A stretch of 64,000 nt of DNA from Chrysomallon squamiferum (taxonomy: Eukaryota; Animalia; Mollusca), in contig CM022673.1 of assembly GCA_012295275.1 (NCBI GenBank), positions 15,376,001 to 15,440,000 of the forward strand. Direction: 5' to 3'. Below are positions 1 through 14,357 of the stretch, piece after piece. The position numbers and the translations under genes are program-made. Positions within the stretch are counted from its first letter, which is position 1; every line of letters starts with the position of its first letter. The notes beneath the pieces were generated by a model. The model ran no database searches. It was not told the origin of the DNA and saw nothing but the letters and a program-made list of their open reading frames with translations.

Positions 1-275
1 TCCATATGCAAAATGCTTTGGTCAGAAGTGTTTCTGATTTTGGAATATAGGAATCTAACCAGAGAACGGAATTTATATCTAATGACGAATACCATTTACA
101 TTTATTATACAGTTTATACAGATCTTTTTGTATAAAACTTTTAATAACCTCGTTCATGGAAATTAATAAAGTATATGTTTGCTAAGAATTCCGAAAACTG
201 TCAAATATCACTACTTCGCCTGCTAGCAAAAAAACCACTTAGTATTTGGGAATTTCGGATAAGGTATTCCTAACC

Positions 276-277
<2 letters not shown>
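1..277. mobile_element. Tigger/pogo-like non-autonomous DNA transposon (MITE), left end cut by window
   Basis: The start 'atgcaaaatgctttggtcagaagtgtttctgattttgg' and the end 'tttcggataaggtattcctaaccta' + TA resemble, from memory, Tigger4/MER46-type termini (CAGGTTGAGTATCCCTTATCCGAAATGCTTGGGACCAGAAGTGTTTCGGA). Not database-checked. Confidence 0.45.
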
Positions 278-317
<40 letters not shown>

Positions 318-1982
318 CTTAAGCTTTAACCATCGTTTCATTTTTTATTTTTTTTTTTTTTTTTTTTTTGATACATTTTTATGAATTTGAATCGATACAC
401 ATTTCAGAAAAAGAACTGATAATTAGTCAACTATTTTTGTACTATGTAGAGTAATGCAATATCTGTCTATCAGTATATCTTTCCCTCTCTGTCTGTCATT
501 TCATCTGTCTGTCTATCCAGATATACCTGTTAGTATTTGTTTTCTGTAATAATGTTTATTTATTATGTTTTGATTATTTATTATTTTTAAATAATTATCG
601 TTAAAGAAGAGGAAAACTAGAAATTATACTGGAAGTGATGGAAAGCATTAAAGAATGCATTTTAGTATATTAATTTTTGTCAAATTTACTTTAAAAATAA
701 ATGTGAAATACTATCGAATAAATAATATTTGCACTTAAATATCCAACAGAAAATATGTCATTTAATAAAAAATAAAAAAAACATATGGACCATTTAGAAC
801 ACTTGTATTGTTGTCATTCACATTTTCTCCAAGACATATACAACAGATGTCTGTTTTTTAGTCACGGCTACCAGGGAATCAAGATGAGAATATAAAGTTA
901 TTTTTTTAAAGTTTCGTAATATTTTCCTACTGTCGTTACACATTCAGTGAATTAGAATTTGGCAGTGGAATGCTGATTGTAGATAACATCGGCTGATGGC
1001 GGTTTATCAGATAGTTATTAGATATATTTGTATGAATTTAAATACAGGCTGAACTCTTTATAAACAAAAAAAAATAATACAAACAAACAATAAAAAAAAA
1101 AGTAAAAAAAAAAATAAAAATAAAAAAAATAAATAAATAAATAAAAAATAACAAAAAAGTAAAATCAAGTAAAATAAATGACTGAATAAAAATAATAAAT
1201 TAAAATAAAATAAAACATAATAAATAAGTAAATAAATATATATCTATATAATAATTCTCTTTCGTTGCTCAGGTATAATTTAATCCGGATTTGAGTAGTG
1301 AGTAAAATTAAAATAACGATTAAAAAAAACGAAGAGAAGGATAATAGCCTCATTTCAAAATAATTATTAACAGATGCCTGGAAATATATAAAATTAAAAG
1401 TGTTAAATTAGTTTTGATATGTTTTCTTTCATTTCTTTCCTTAATAAATAAGTTTGTTCTTTCCCGCTTAATTTACCTATGCTAACGTTCGATGTATCTA
1501 ATATAATCTGTTTGACTCCATACTCTTCTGACAAAAAAAGAGGAAACAATAATAACAACAACAACAACAACAACAATAACATCAACAATAATAATAAGAA
1601 TAATAATACAAATAAAATGTTTTTTTATTTTTTTAAATTAAAAATTAAAAAAAAAAAAAATTAAACAAAGTCATTTTAGGAAAAGGAATCGATATTTTTG
1701 ACACACCCAAATACAAAAATACGTAATCGGTAATAAATAAAATAATAATACAAAAAAACAATGAAATAAAAAACCAAACATGAGGATATAAAAATAAACA
1801 TGAACATAAAAATCCAGCCACATTGTATGAATAATATTTATTTTGTCCTGTTAACAATTAGTAAGTGTTAAAATAAAGATTAAAATACAATAATAGAAAT
1901 AATGATTCAGTTAAATAAATAAAGTACAATTTTAGGAAATGCAGGTTTCCAATGTATAGTATCTATCAAAAGAAAATAAGAG

Positions 1983-2110
<128 letters not shown>

Positions 2111-2252
2111 ATAGCGTTTAACTTCATAATATTACAATGTTCAATAAGAAGAAAATTATCGTTGAAATATACGTAAATATATATACACACATCTATTTGT
2201 ACATATATGTTTGCTTAAAATATTTATACCACTTCTTTGAAAGAATATTAAA

Positions 2253-2525
2253 GTCAGAGGTGGGAGTGGGAAAATACTTAAAAACTTATCTGTGCCTCTG
2301 ATTATTGAAAAATAATATCCTGGAAATAAGAGGTGTTCCTTTCAATCGTGTCTATATACATGTTTGCTATATACGATCACAATAACATCTAATTTATTTA
2401 AGAAACTAAATTTTAATAATATAGTAACATTTAATTATGACACATTTCTCATACTGTGAATTATTTCAAATGTTTTTGCATTTTTGTCACATAATTAATT
2501 CTCCTTAAATTTTCAAAACAGGTTG
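2253..2525 (+). promoter_or_regulatory. Candidate promoter / non-coding first exon of gene A
   Basis: Block conserved in the duplicate at 12170-12480 (tcagaggtgggag...tgtgcctctga; tatatacgatca; ends in a donor-like tcaaaacag|gtt), about 1 kb upstream of an ATG exon that begins right at an acceptor. Confidence 0.35.
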
Positions 2526-2988
2526 TGTACGTTGGACGTATTGCATCTCAGTTTCGGAGTTATCCAACAAAAAAAAAGAGAATTATATTGTTATTGTACC
2601 AATTTGCATTTAGAATATTATTTACCTTTGTGCAGAAAAATAGAATAAAATACTATTGTTTAAATACATGTTTCACATTTTTATGCATCTGTAAATATAT
2701 AAATTTATTATTGGCTTCTAATGAAAAGCGCTCACATTTCATGTTATTATTCCAGTTACGTTTCATTATATTAACTCTGTGTCAGTATTTTGAGTACAAT
2801 TTTCTAACCAGTGAAAAAGTTACAAAGATCATTATGAAAAATAAGAAAAACGTTAAATAGATTCTGCACCAAATATATTTGGAAAGGTGAAGTAGTTTTT
2901 ACTTTCGCTTTTGTTTTTCGTTTTGGAAAGGCATATGTATACGCACTTATATACAAGAACACATGCACACGTAAGCAACATGTCACCC

Positions 2989-3022
<34 letters not shown>

Positions 3023-3246
3023 ACAATTAAAATAAAAATAAAAAAGTGACATCTGGGTTTTATAATAATAATGTCTATTTCTGGACGGCCACGTATTCTG
3101 AGTTAATTTTATTGCTCTTGGTAGAGTATATATTTAAAAAAAAAAATTAATTTTGAAGGATTATTTTCTCTATTGGAATTGCTAGTACATCTCAACTGAC
3201 AACTGTTAGTAATACGTGTTGTTTTGGGGTGTCTTTTTACCTCGTT

Positions 3247-3296
<50 letters not shown>

Positions 3297-3343
3297 AAAA
3301 TGTATTTTCTACCACTACTACTACTACTACTACTGTTATTATG

Positions 3344-3381
<38 letters not shown>

Positions 3382-3565
3382 TGTTGTTGTTGTTGTCATT
3401 TAAAATAAATAAATAATGAACTAAATTGTATAAATGAGGTTTGTGTATGGTAAAGACAGAAACTTCGTTTCCTCTGCTCCTGTTTTGTATTGAGAGTGAA
3501 ATGAGATAGCAAAAATGTACATTGTATTGAATCATTTAGTAAACATTTCGTCTTTTATATTGCAG

Positions 3566-3635
3566 ATGAATTTTTTTATCTTGAATTTAATTTCTGTATT
3601 AAGGTGGATATACAGTGTTTCTGGTTTTGACACTG
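3566..3635 (+). CDS. Gene A signal-peptide exon (MNFFILNLISVLRWIYSVSGFDT)
   Basis: ttgcag|ATG, 70 nt (23 codons + 1), donor G|gtgaga; phase 1 matches kringle exons; same size in genes B, D and E. Confidence 0.8.
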
Positions 3636-4062
3636 GTGAGACAGGTTGGTTATTATTAACTATCTAACTAACCAAATAAATAAATAAATAAATAAATAAA
3701 TATTGGAATAGATAAACGAATAAACAAATACATTTTGTAAGAATAAGTGAATAAAAATATATAAATGATCGAATGAACGAATAAATAAGCAAGCAAACAA
3801 ATAAATATATAAATAAATGAACGAATAATCAAAGAATCGATCATAGAATATGTTTTTCTTTGTTTTCTCTTCTTTCATTATTGCCTATCCCTAATCTAGT
3901 GACCGAAACACGAGGACATTCGATTTTTTTTAGTTCATTATTTTATATATATATATTTTTTATATAAATATTCAACAGATATCTTCAGCGAGAAAAGGAC
4001 AATCACTTAAGCTTGTTAAACAATAATAATATTATAATTAATTATCGTTTTATTATTAAATG

Positions 4063-4133
<71 letters not shown>

Positions 4134-4856
4134 AAAAGTGTTTAACTTAGGAACCGAACGGAACATTCCAAATAAAATGTTTATAAATTTTATAAGAAAT
4201 TCAGGTATATATTTGGTTTTTTAATGAACATTTTTGTATTAACTTCATTTATCAATTTTTATTTTATTTTAAAATGTTTCAAATTGTGTCACTAAAATAA
4301 AAATAAAGCCTTTATTTTAATTGATTTGTTAACAAAAGATTTTTTTTTTACAAATATTTTTTCATGTATTAATAGTATAATCTAAAAACTGAAAACCACA
4401 AGATCAATATTAGCATAATTATTTTAAAAATAAATTAGTGAAAGTAAGGGTATAGAATTTTCAGGTTTATTACAATCTGTAGTTACGTAATAGACCATAA
4501 TTTTATTTATTTACTTACTTATTTATCTATTTTTTAAATCAAATAAAGATTTTCTAAGCGTCTCTAAATCACTGCGAATTTTTAATAACAAATAGAAGGT
4601 AAATAATTTTATTTGAAAAACCCAATTCCGAATTTATAAATATTTATGTTTAATGTTGTTTATTAAAATAATAAATAAGTGAAAAAAAATATGTTACAAA
4701 AATAATAAAAATGATACTAATAAAAAATGAAGTGTTTTATAACAATGCGATCAGTTTATTACAAAATGTCACTTTACAATGCTTCATTTTTCACGATGTG
4801 TCTTAAAATTGTTATTATTATTAGCTTACTTAGTAGGTACAAGTTCTGTTTCTTAG

Positions 4857-5120
4857 GTGATGATTGTTACGATTTGGATACTGACAATTCCGCAGCGTAT
4901 ATTGGATCTGAAACATATACAATAAATGGAATACAATGTCAACGATGGGACTCGCAGTTTCCTCACAAGCATCACTTTATAAGAGATGATATGTTTCCTG
5001 AGATGACAGTATCTGACGCATCAAATTTCTGTCGAGACCCTGGCAAGTATGGTTTTCCTTGGTGCTTTACTGTGAAGCAGAACATTAGATGGGATACCTG
5101 CGGTATTTTTCCATGTCGAG
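4857..5120 (+). CDS. Gene A kringle exon 1
   Basis: CY..YIG..CQRWDSQFPHKH..NFCRDP..GFPWC..C....C; ttag|..G|gtaaat; 264 nt. Confidence 0.93.
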
Positions 5121-6012
5121 GTAAATGTCTATCTCAGACACAAACACAGAAACACACATATATATAAACCTTTAGCTGTAACTGTTACGTCATTGCTTAG
5201 ATTATTGGTCCGGTTTCTATTTATGATCTTTTTCTGATCTCGGGAAAAGAGATAAACTGTATTAAAATGCAGGAGTATATCAGAAATCGGATCATTTTTA
5301 AATAATAGTGATTTGAGTTATTATTCAGAATTTAAAGACGCCAGTTTGAACTTTTAATGGCAGCAGCAATACGGTGTAAAAGGGGACACTGTATGGTTGA
5401 AAACTGAAAATGTATATATACACAAGGAACATTAAGAGTCAAAAGGTTATGGGGAAAATTGACACTTGTCGAGATCATTTAGAAACACACGGACCTCAGA
5501 AGCCGTACTAAGAAATGGCATTCATCGAAAAAAATGTTTAGGAGACTCTTAAAGAGTTATTGCCTCTAACCCATTATTATTATTTTTTTTTTTTTAAATA
5601 CTTCTTTATTCCCAAGTAATCTTTCTTTCAGATCATATTTTATAAATATTTTCTTGAAGTGGTCAGTACAAACGACACTGTTCGCATCAAATTTGTAATT
5701 GCACAGTTCTTAAGTTATGTAATGATTCCTGCACTTTAAGTTTCTTCTCTTTTAGCCCAGGTTTTAAATTTCTGCCACGTTGTGACTTTCAGTTTATTAA
5801 TCACAGAAGAAAAGACATTTCAGCATCATGGTACACTCTTATTAGAAGAGATTCGCAACAATAAACAAATAAGATGCAAATCTCGACATTATATTTAAGC
5901 ATGTTTTCGTTGTCCCTTCGGTACACTTTAAGAAAATCAATTTTGTTTACATTATTATAAAGAGAAATTTTTATAACGTTGTTTGTTTGTTTTTTTTGTT
6001 TTTTTTTTACAG

Positions 6013-6273
6013 GAGAAGGATGTTATTATGAAATAAGTGGTTATGCTATTTATTCAGGGGTAAAAAGTGTAAATAAAGGAAGTATTTGCCAGAGATGGGA
6101 TGTACAGTCACCTCACACACATAGTTTCACAGTTCCTGGTTTATTTAATGTAAAACGTTTGTCTGATGTTGCAAACTACTGTCGTGACCCTGATGGTACA
6201 GGTGTTCCTTGGTGTTTTTCTACTGATCTGTCACAGCATAGTCGCTTACCATGTGTCGTTCCACGCTGCAGAG
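6013..6273 (+). CDS. Gene A kringle exon 2
   Basis: Six-Cys kringle pattern with CQRWD/NYCRDPDG/PWC; acag|..G|gtttat; 261 nt. Confidence 0.93.
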
Positions 6274-6499
6274 GTTTATCTATCTACATAATCTGTCTAT
6301 CTACCTATCTATCTATCTCTGATTCCTTCCTTTATATATGATATATTACTATAAACACCTTCCATGATTCGGTGTTCTTGTATTTAATTTATTGGATAAT
6401 TTATGCATTATAACCGTTGCATTTTATATATTAGTGTTTTGATTATATGTTCACTGGTTTTGGTGTAACTCTTTCTCTCTCTCCCTGAATTATTTACAG

Positions 6500-6751
6500 A
6501 ATGTTTTACCATGATGGATAATTCTGCTTGGTATTATGGAATTAAAGATGTTTCTCGCAGCGGACGTAAGTGTCAGAGATGGGACTCCATAAAAGTTCCA
6601 GGTTATTCATATCCTTATGACGCATTTCCAGACAATTCTCTGTCCATTGCTAAATACTTCTGTCGTGATCCTGATGGGTCAGGTGAAACGTGGTGCTATA
6701 CGGAAAAGAACACTCCTGTACGGGAGGCATGTGACGTAAAGCCTTGTCCAG
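6500..6751 (+). CDS. Gene A kringle exon 3
   Basis: [23 protein letters not shown]....C; acag|..G|gttatt; 252 nt. Confidence 0.92.
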
Positions 6752-7156
6752 GTTATTAATTTTTATTTTCTATTTTTATTATTATTATTTGTTTGTTGCT
6801 GTTGTTTGTTTACATATATGGTATCATAATTTTCAAAAATGATATTTAATTAGTGAAAGTTATACTACATTGCAATAGCCAAAAGTTCGTACAAATGTAT
6901 TGTCTTCAGATATAGCTACTTCTGCTTTCGTTACCATAATGTTAATGTTAACTGAAAAAATTACTCAGCAGAAAAATACATTAGTTATATAAAAAAATGT
7001 GTACACATCGTCTTCACACTATAACAATAACCAATAGTTAAATTTAATATTAAAACTGTGGTGCAATAAATAAATGAATGAATGAATAAATGAATAAATA
7101 TATGAATAAATAAATAAGTAAATAAATAAATAATAGATAACTAATTAATAAAATGA

Positions 7157-7207
7157 AAACAGACTATCATACAAAGGTGAATAATGGGATTGTGTACCAA
7201 GGTTCAG
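7157..7207 (+). pseudogene. Decayed 5' fragment of a kringle-4-type exon
   Basis: aaacagactatcatacaaaggtgaataatgggattgtgtaccaaggttcag aligns without gaps to the start of exon 7422 (aaacagactgttatataaaggtgaataatacgattgtatatgaaggttcag); Cys codon changed to TAT and no good acceptor. Confidence 0.75.
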
Positions 7208-7421
7208 AAATAAATAAATAAATAATATTATAAATGTAATTGAAAAATCAATGTTAAGATAGCAAATGTAAGGTTATAGTATCTTCGTAGTTTTGTTTTT
7301 TGTTGTTGTTTCTTTTTTCGTTGTTTTTTTTGTTATATATATGTTATATATATATATATATATATATAAGGTCGAAATCTACATAATTAAAACATTAAAT
7401 GAGAAATAGTTATTTTTTCAG

Positions 7422-7682
7422 AAACAGACTGTTATATAAAGGTGAATAATACGATTGTATATGAAGGTTCAGTGTCCTCTACAGTCCTTGGGTATGAATG
7501 CCAACGATGGGACAAGGATTTTCCTCACGTGAATTATTATAAACGACGCCGTAACTATCCAGAAGGATCGATATCGAAATCATCCAACTACTGCCGTGAT
7601 CCATCAAAAGGAGGTTTTCTCTGGTGTTATACCACTGATACTAAAAAAAGATGGGACAAATGTGCCGTTCGTGCTTGTAAAG
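7422..7682 (+). CDS. Gene A kringle exon 4
   Basis: ETDCY..CQRWD..NYCRDPSKGGFLWCYTT..WDKC; ttcag|..G|gtttgc; 261 nt. Confidence 0.93.
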
Positions 7683-7953
7683 GTTTGCAATTTCTAGTAA
7701 ATACTAAATAATAATTACTGAAACATTATCTAAACATTATTTCTTATATAAATAATTATATGACAAACAAACCAAACTAAATAAAAATTATACAGTATTT
7801 ATACAATATATTAACTGAACAGCTTAATATGTTTATAACAAAACAAAATAATAATAAAAAATACACACACCAAATAGCGATCCAAAAACGCAGATATAAT
7901 ACAAATAAGTTAATATAAAATATCAGCTAAGAATCAAAAATAAATACGTAAAT

Positions 7954-7998
<45 letters not shown>

Positions 7999-8133
7999 TT
8001 AATAATAATAATAATAATAAGAATAATAATAATAATAATAGTAATAATAATAATGATAAACCGTGAATCTAAAACTTTTCTTCTTGTGATAGCTTTGAAA
8101 TAAATTTTTAATTCACAAATATTTCATTCTCAG

Positions 8134-8394
8134 ATCTCGAATGCTATTTTAAAGTTGAAAATCGGGTTCTCTACCCTGGCACCATAAGTACGACGAAAAA
8201 CGGAGACACATGTCAGAACTGGGGCTCAGGTTATCCTCACAATCATGTGTATATTTTATCTGCAAGGTTAAATACTGACCGTACAGGACTGTTTAAAAAC
8301 TACTGTCGCGATCCATCTCACGATGGTTACCTGTGGTGCTACACCACCAATCCCAAAGTACGTTGGGGAAAATGTGATGTTCCTGCTTGTCCAG
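8134..8394 (+). CDS. Gene A kringle exon 5
   Basis: DLECY..CQNWG..PHNH..NYCRDPSHDGYLWCYTTNP..C....C; ctcag|..G|gtttgt; 261 nt. Confidence 0.93.
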
Positions 8395-8852
8395 GTTTGT
8401 TAATTACTATTTTTAATTTAATTGTATTATTATTATTTTATTTTTATTTTTTTACAAATTCAGTGTATGAAATCAGTGAGATCTTAGATGATGATGATGA
8501 TGACGATGATGATTATTAATACAGACAACGACGATTATAATAATTTAAATTTTGCTCTTTTTCCTTTTATTTTATTCATTCTTTTTTAATAGTATTTATG
8601 AATTTAAAACAATATACATTTCACAAAAACAACTGATGTTTTGAAAACTATTTTCGAACTATCGTAGATTACTTTTGTATAGATTTTTTGTTTCTTTTTA
8701 TTATGGTTATACAAAAACTAGCAATAATATTAGACAATGACTATTTGTACAAGATGTTTAAGTTTAATGAACATTTTAGTAAAATATCTGTCAGTCTCTC
8801 TCTGTCCCTCTCTGTCTCTCTGTTTATCTCTGTCCTTCTCTCTCTGTCTCTC

Positions 8853-8895
<43 letters not shown>

Positions 8896-9018
8896 CTACA
8901 TAATTAGATAGATATATAGATCTTAAATACACAGATAAATTTATAGAAAGAAAGATAGACATATGTATTTTTGCCTAATGTGTAATAATTCTCATATTTT
9001 TTTTATTTTTTTTTTTAG

Positions 9019-9026
9019 CGGGATAA
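9019..9026 (+). CDS. Gene A terminal micro-exon (A-G-stop); full model 458 aa
   Basis: poly-T ag|CG GGA TAA ttatagt; homologous to ag|GT GGG TAA ttaagt (gene E) and ag|GT TCA TGA ttatg (unit F); exon sum 1377 nt, in frame. Confidence 0.65.
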
Positions 9027-9416
9027 TTATAGTGGAAAAAGAGAAAATCTAGAAATGGTACTGATGAAAGGATGAAAGAAAGCATTTAAGTTACGTTATT
9101 ATTAATTACCGTTAATATATGTAAGGCTATATATGTAAGGCTAATAAATATAATAACACCGAACTTTTTTGTTGTTGTAGCTGTCAGATCGTTTCTTTTT
9201 CTTTCTGCAAAAACAATTAAATTGGTATCGACTTATTGATATTTTCACTTAAAAGTCTATCACAAAATAAACAACTTTTTGTTGAGATGTATTGAAAATA
9301 CGCTCTGCATTGTCTTTGAATACTTCTGGACTATTTTATAGACTGATCGTTACTAAACTGTATTTGACAGTAACAAGCTCTTCTGCCTTTAATAATTTCG
9401 TTTTATACAAAACTCG

Positions 9417-9478
<62 letters not shown>

Positions 9479-9866
9479 AATGTGTAAAGTGCAGTATTTA
9501 CAAAAGAATTAGGATAGAAAAAGAGAGAAAAAAAGGAGCGAATAGGATTATTTCTTTATAGTTTTATAGTAATGCGAATTACTTTCTAAATATATGAGTA
9601 TTTATATGCTGGCTAAAGAAGGATGGAGTAAATATATTTAGTAGACCGTTGAATACAATAAACTAATAATTAGTAACTAAAAAACAGAATGAAATTATGT
9701 AAATTAAATAAAATTTATGTCGGTGGCTTGAAGAACTGGGATTGACGAGTTAATCACAAAAGAACACACATTTGTTACCATGTACAGTTGTACCAGGTTG
9801 ATTAGTCTTATCGCTGATTGGCTGATGATTTTGTTAGGCGCAACAAAATGAAAACAAGGTATTTTC

Positions 9867-9914
<48 letters not shown>

Positions 9915-10077
9915 GTAATGTAATATCTAATCAGTACTGATTTGACATGATGAAAAATACTCTAAATATGTATTTGGATAATTATTTGAATAATGGCATA
10001 ATTATTTTTGTAAACTAAATTTGTATTTAACTCTCATATAAGATGAAACATATATATATATATATATAGACAGAGCG

Positions 10078-10145
<68 letters not shown>

Positions 10146-10908
10146 CAAGGTAAAATGTAATAGGGAGTACAACTAAAATAACAAATAGAGAATAATAAGA
10201 GTCTCATTTCAAGACAAACATTGACAGATAATAAACAATATATAAAAATAATACCTGATTGTATTAATTGTGCCAAATTAAAAGCATTTTCGGTTTTCCA
10301 TGTCAATTTAATTTCTTGAGATATTTCTGAAAATAATTATATAGAAAACATAAATAGTAAAAAAGGAAAGAAATCAAACAAAACAAAAGATAACAAAAAG
10401 CAGGCAAACAAAGAGAACATTACGAGTTTATAAGAAACGATATAAGGCTGAGATGTGAATAAAATATACGTAAGTAGATTTGAGAACCTCAGTAGAATAG
10501 TTAATCACTGAAGAATACACACGACTTGAATCATAGCAGCTTATATATGTATATTTTATTATTTAACAAATTAATTGTACATTTACACATGGAAAAGATC
10601 ACAAAGCAATATATCTTATTTTATTTGTTTTATACAGTGTGAAATACATCATGATCAGTATTTTGAAAAGTGTTAGAATTAGGTCAGTTTTAATCAAACA
10701 AACTCCTGCAGTTTGCAGTACCTGTTTTTGTTTTTATTATTTACATATTAATTTTTTATTTATAAAGGGATTCAATAAACCTATCAAACAATGTATGAAA
10801 AATGCAACGAAATTGCAAAAAGTACACTGAATCATACATCAAAAGAAAGAAGGTAAAAGACAGAGCATAAATATCAGTGAACTCTTAAAATATTGATAAC
10901 AATAAATA

Positions 10909-10954
<46 letters not shown>

Positions 10955-11475
10955 TAAGAAAAAGAAAGAACAGCAACAGTAGCAATAATAGTAACAGTTA
11001 CAGTAACGACAACAATAATAACTGTAATAATAAAATATTGATAACAATAAATTAATTAATTAATATGAACAATAAACATATTAACCAATACAAGAAGAAG
11101 AAGAAGGAGACGAAGAATAACGATTCCCCTGTGAAACACAGGTAAAATGTATTCACGATCCGAATAGTCAGGACAATTAAAATAACCATTAAGGAAACGA
11201 AAACAAAAATAAGTTTCATTTCAAGACAAATATTAACAAATAAAAAGAAGAAAAAACAAATAAAATTGTTAAAATAGTTTTGACATTTTTTTTTCATCAT
11301 TTCTTTCCTAAATACAATAGTTTGTTCTTTACAGCATGGGTGCGAATATTTCTCTAAATCTAACAGAAGTGTCTCGCTTAATTTAGCTATTCCAACGTAC
11401 GACGTATCTAACCGTATAACATGCATCATCAGTTTGACTCCATAGTCATCTCACGCAAAAAAAAAAAGAGGGAAG

Positions 11476-11525
<50 letters not shown>

Positions 11526-11880
11526 GTATAATAAGTATAATAATAAACTTAATAAAATTAATAAAAATTAAACAAAAAATAAATAATTAAACAAAATCAT
11601 TTCAGGAAAATGATGCGATATTTTTGACACACACAGATACATAAATATGTAATGGCTAATACAAAAAAAAATAAAAATAAAAATAAATAAACAAAAGATA
11701 AAAATATATAAAGAATTAAAAATAAACATGAACATAAAAATCCAGCCACATTGCATTACTAATCTTTGACACAATGAATGCGCTATTAACGGTTAGTAAG
11801 TGTTAAAATAAAGTTTAAAATAAAACAATAGAAATAATGATTCAGTTATATAAATAAACACCCAGGGTATAATGTCATAT

Positions 11881-11943
11881 CTTTACAAGGTTCACCTTTG
11901 CATTCAGCGCGATGTTTTACCACGGGTAGTCAGGGTCACGACA
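11881..11943 (-). pseudogene. Antisense kringle 3'-half remnant
   Basis: Minus strand TGT CGT GAC CCT GAC TAC CCG TGG TAA (CRDPD-YPW*), then frameshifted TGC AAA GGT GAA CCT TGT AAA G (C-x4-C). Confidence 0.65.
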
Positions 11944-13712
11944 CGGAGCTGTATCTTCAGTATAATCTAATATGCTGGAATAAACATTTAAATAAATAAA
12001 TAAATAAAATAATAGAAAAGAAATTTGCTTTAGAATTAAATGTCTTTACTCTGTCAATTTTTTTTGCAGATGTATCTAATTCTGTATGTATGTTTTCATG
12101 TACCAAAATTTTTATATCCATCTTGTTAAAATATAATATTTTTACCAGTTACTTCACAGAAAAATAAAATCAGAGGTGGGAGAGGAAAAATACTTAACAA
12201 TCACTAAGTGTGCCTCTGATTACAGAAAAAAAAAGAAATTAGTTATGATCCTGATAAATCTTGTATACCATAAGTAAATATCCTGTTCAAGTTAATAAAT
12301 ATTAACTATATACGATCAGAATAACATCTAATTTATTTAAGAAACAAAATATTAATAATATAGTAAAGTTTAAAAATAAAACATTTTCTCTTTATGACAA
12401 ATTTCTCATATTATAAAATATCTGAAATATTTTTTTTTTTCTCACATAATTAATGATCCTTAAATGTTCAAAACAGGTTAAATAAATAAGATAAGACAAT
12501 AACATAAAATATAAAAGAAAGTAATATAATGAAATCAAGATCAGTGGAATTAAACACTCGATTTATTGTGAATAAATGATCTCTGTTTCTCTGAACTTCA
12601 GTATTAAACTGTTTCACTAATACTGAAAGTTCTGGATTCGGGATGTCATTATATTGTTATTGTATCAATATGTATATACAATATTGTTTACCTTTGTGCA
12701 GAAAAATACAATAAAAGACTATTGTTTAAATACATGTTTCACATTTTTATGTATCTGTAAACACATATATTTATTAATGGCATGTAAATGAAAAGATTTA
12801 ATTTCATGTAATGATTCCACTTATGTTTCATTATATTAACTCTATTTTAGTATTCTGAGTACAAGTAACTAACCATTAAAAACGGTAGAAAGATCATGAT
12901 GGCAAAGAAGGAAAAAGGTAATATAAACTTCGCGTAAAATACGTTTGAAAGACGAAATAGTTTTTACTTTTTAATATTTGTATTATTTCCTCTTTTTTGT
13001 TTTTTTTTTCATTTTCGAAAGCAAATACATACACATCTATATATGCATAGGTATGCAATCGGTCACCTGACAAAACAAAACAAACAAATTCCGACATCTG
13101 GGTTTTATAATAATAATATAATAATGTATATTTTTGGACCGCCACGTATACTGAATTAATTATATTACTCTTGATAGAGTATATATTTACAAAAATGTTA
13201 TTTTGAAGGATTGTTTTCTGTATGGGAATTGCTAGTACATCTCAACTGATAATTGTTAGTAATATGTGTTAGTTTGTTATTTTACCTCTTGGCATTTCTA
13301 TGTAATATATTTATTGATTTATTTATTTAATGTATTCTCTCGAAACCATTGTGTAGCACGCACTTTTAAATTATTTATTTATTCATTTATTTATTTTTAT
13401 TTGCTGAAAGCTTATTTTACGATGATTCTGCGCCAACATTATCTGCTACTACTGCAACTACTACTACTACTACTATTCTTATTATTATTATTATTGTTGT
13501 TGTTGTTGTTGTTGTTATTGTTCTAATTTAAAATGAATAAACAAATAACGAAATAAATTGTATAAATTAGAAAATTTTAATATAAGTATATTAGTATATG
13601 GTAAAGACATAGAAACTTCGTTTCCTCTGCTGCTGTTTTGTGTTCAGAGTGAAATGAGAGACAGCAAAAACGTACATTGTATTGAAGCACTTAGTAAATA
13701 TTTATTTTGCAA

Positions 13713-13784
13713 ATGAATGTTTTTTCTGTGTGAAACTGATTTTTGTATTAAGGTGGATATACAGTAATTCTGGTTTAGACACTG
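13713..13784 (+). pseudogene. Dead copy of the gene A signal-peptide exon
   Basis: Aligns to 3566-3635, but the acceptor is AG>AA, the donor GT>AT, it is 2 nt longer and has an early TGA; no intact kringle exon follows before gene B. Confidence 0.85.
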
Positions 13785-13964
13785 ATCAGAAAGGCTAGTT
13801 ATAATCAACTCTCTTACTGACCAAATAAATAATTAATAAATAGATAAATAAATAAATATTGTAATAAAAAAAAAACGAATGAATAAATAAAACAGTTAAG
13901 AATAAGTGAATAAAATATATGAATTAACGAAAGAATGAATAAATGAATAAGTACGTAACTAAAC

Positions 13965-14002
<38 letters not shown>

Positions 14003-14114
14003 GATGAATCAAAGAATTGATTATATAACATGTTTTTTTTTTTTTTTTTTTTTCATTATTGCCTTTACATAATCTAGTGAACAAAACAGCGAGAAGTAAA
14101 TCTCTCTCTCTTTC

Positions 14115-14212
<98 letters not shown>

Positions 14213-14357
14213 GAGAAATTTACATATGAAAAGTTTTGTCATTTCTACCACAATATTTCTGGGTCCATGGTATAAGACTTCGAATATCCGTCACATGAAC
14301 GGTCAGCGGGATGGTTTTCACCATCAGTGAATTGCTGACTGTAAACAAAATATATTA

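Larger units (their letters stand above)
8590..14095 (+). repeat. Segmental duplication copy 2 (with insertions)
   Basis: Colinear with 375-3917; contains the terminal exon of gene A and a dead copy of its signal exon. Confidence 0.9.

Noticed and set aside
14255-14300. GPWYKTSNIRH as a kringle remnant of the lost gene copy
   Set aside because: Too short and lacks cysteines; could be chance.
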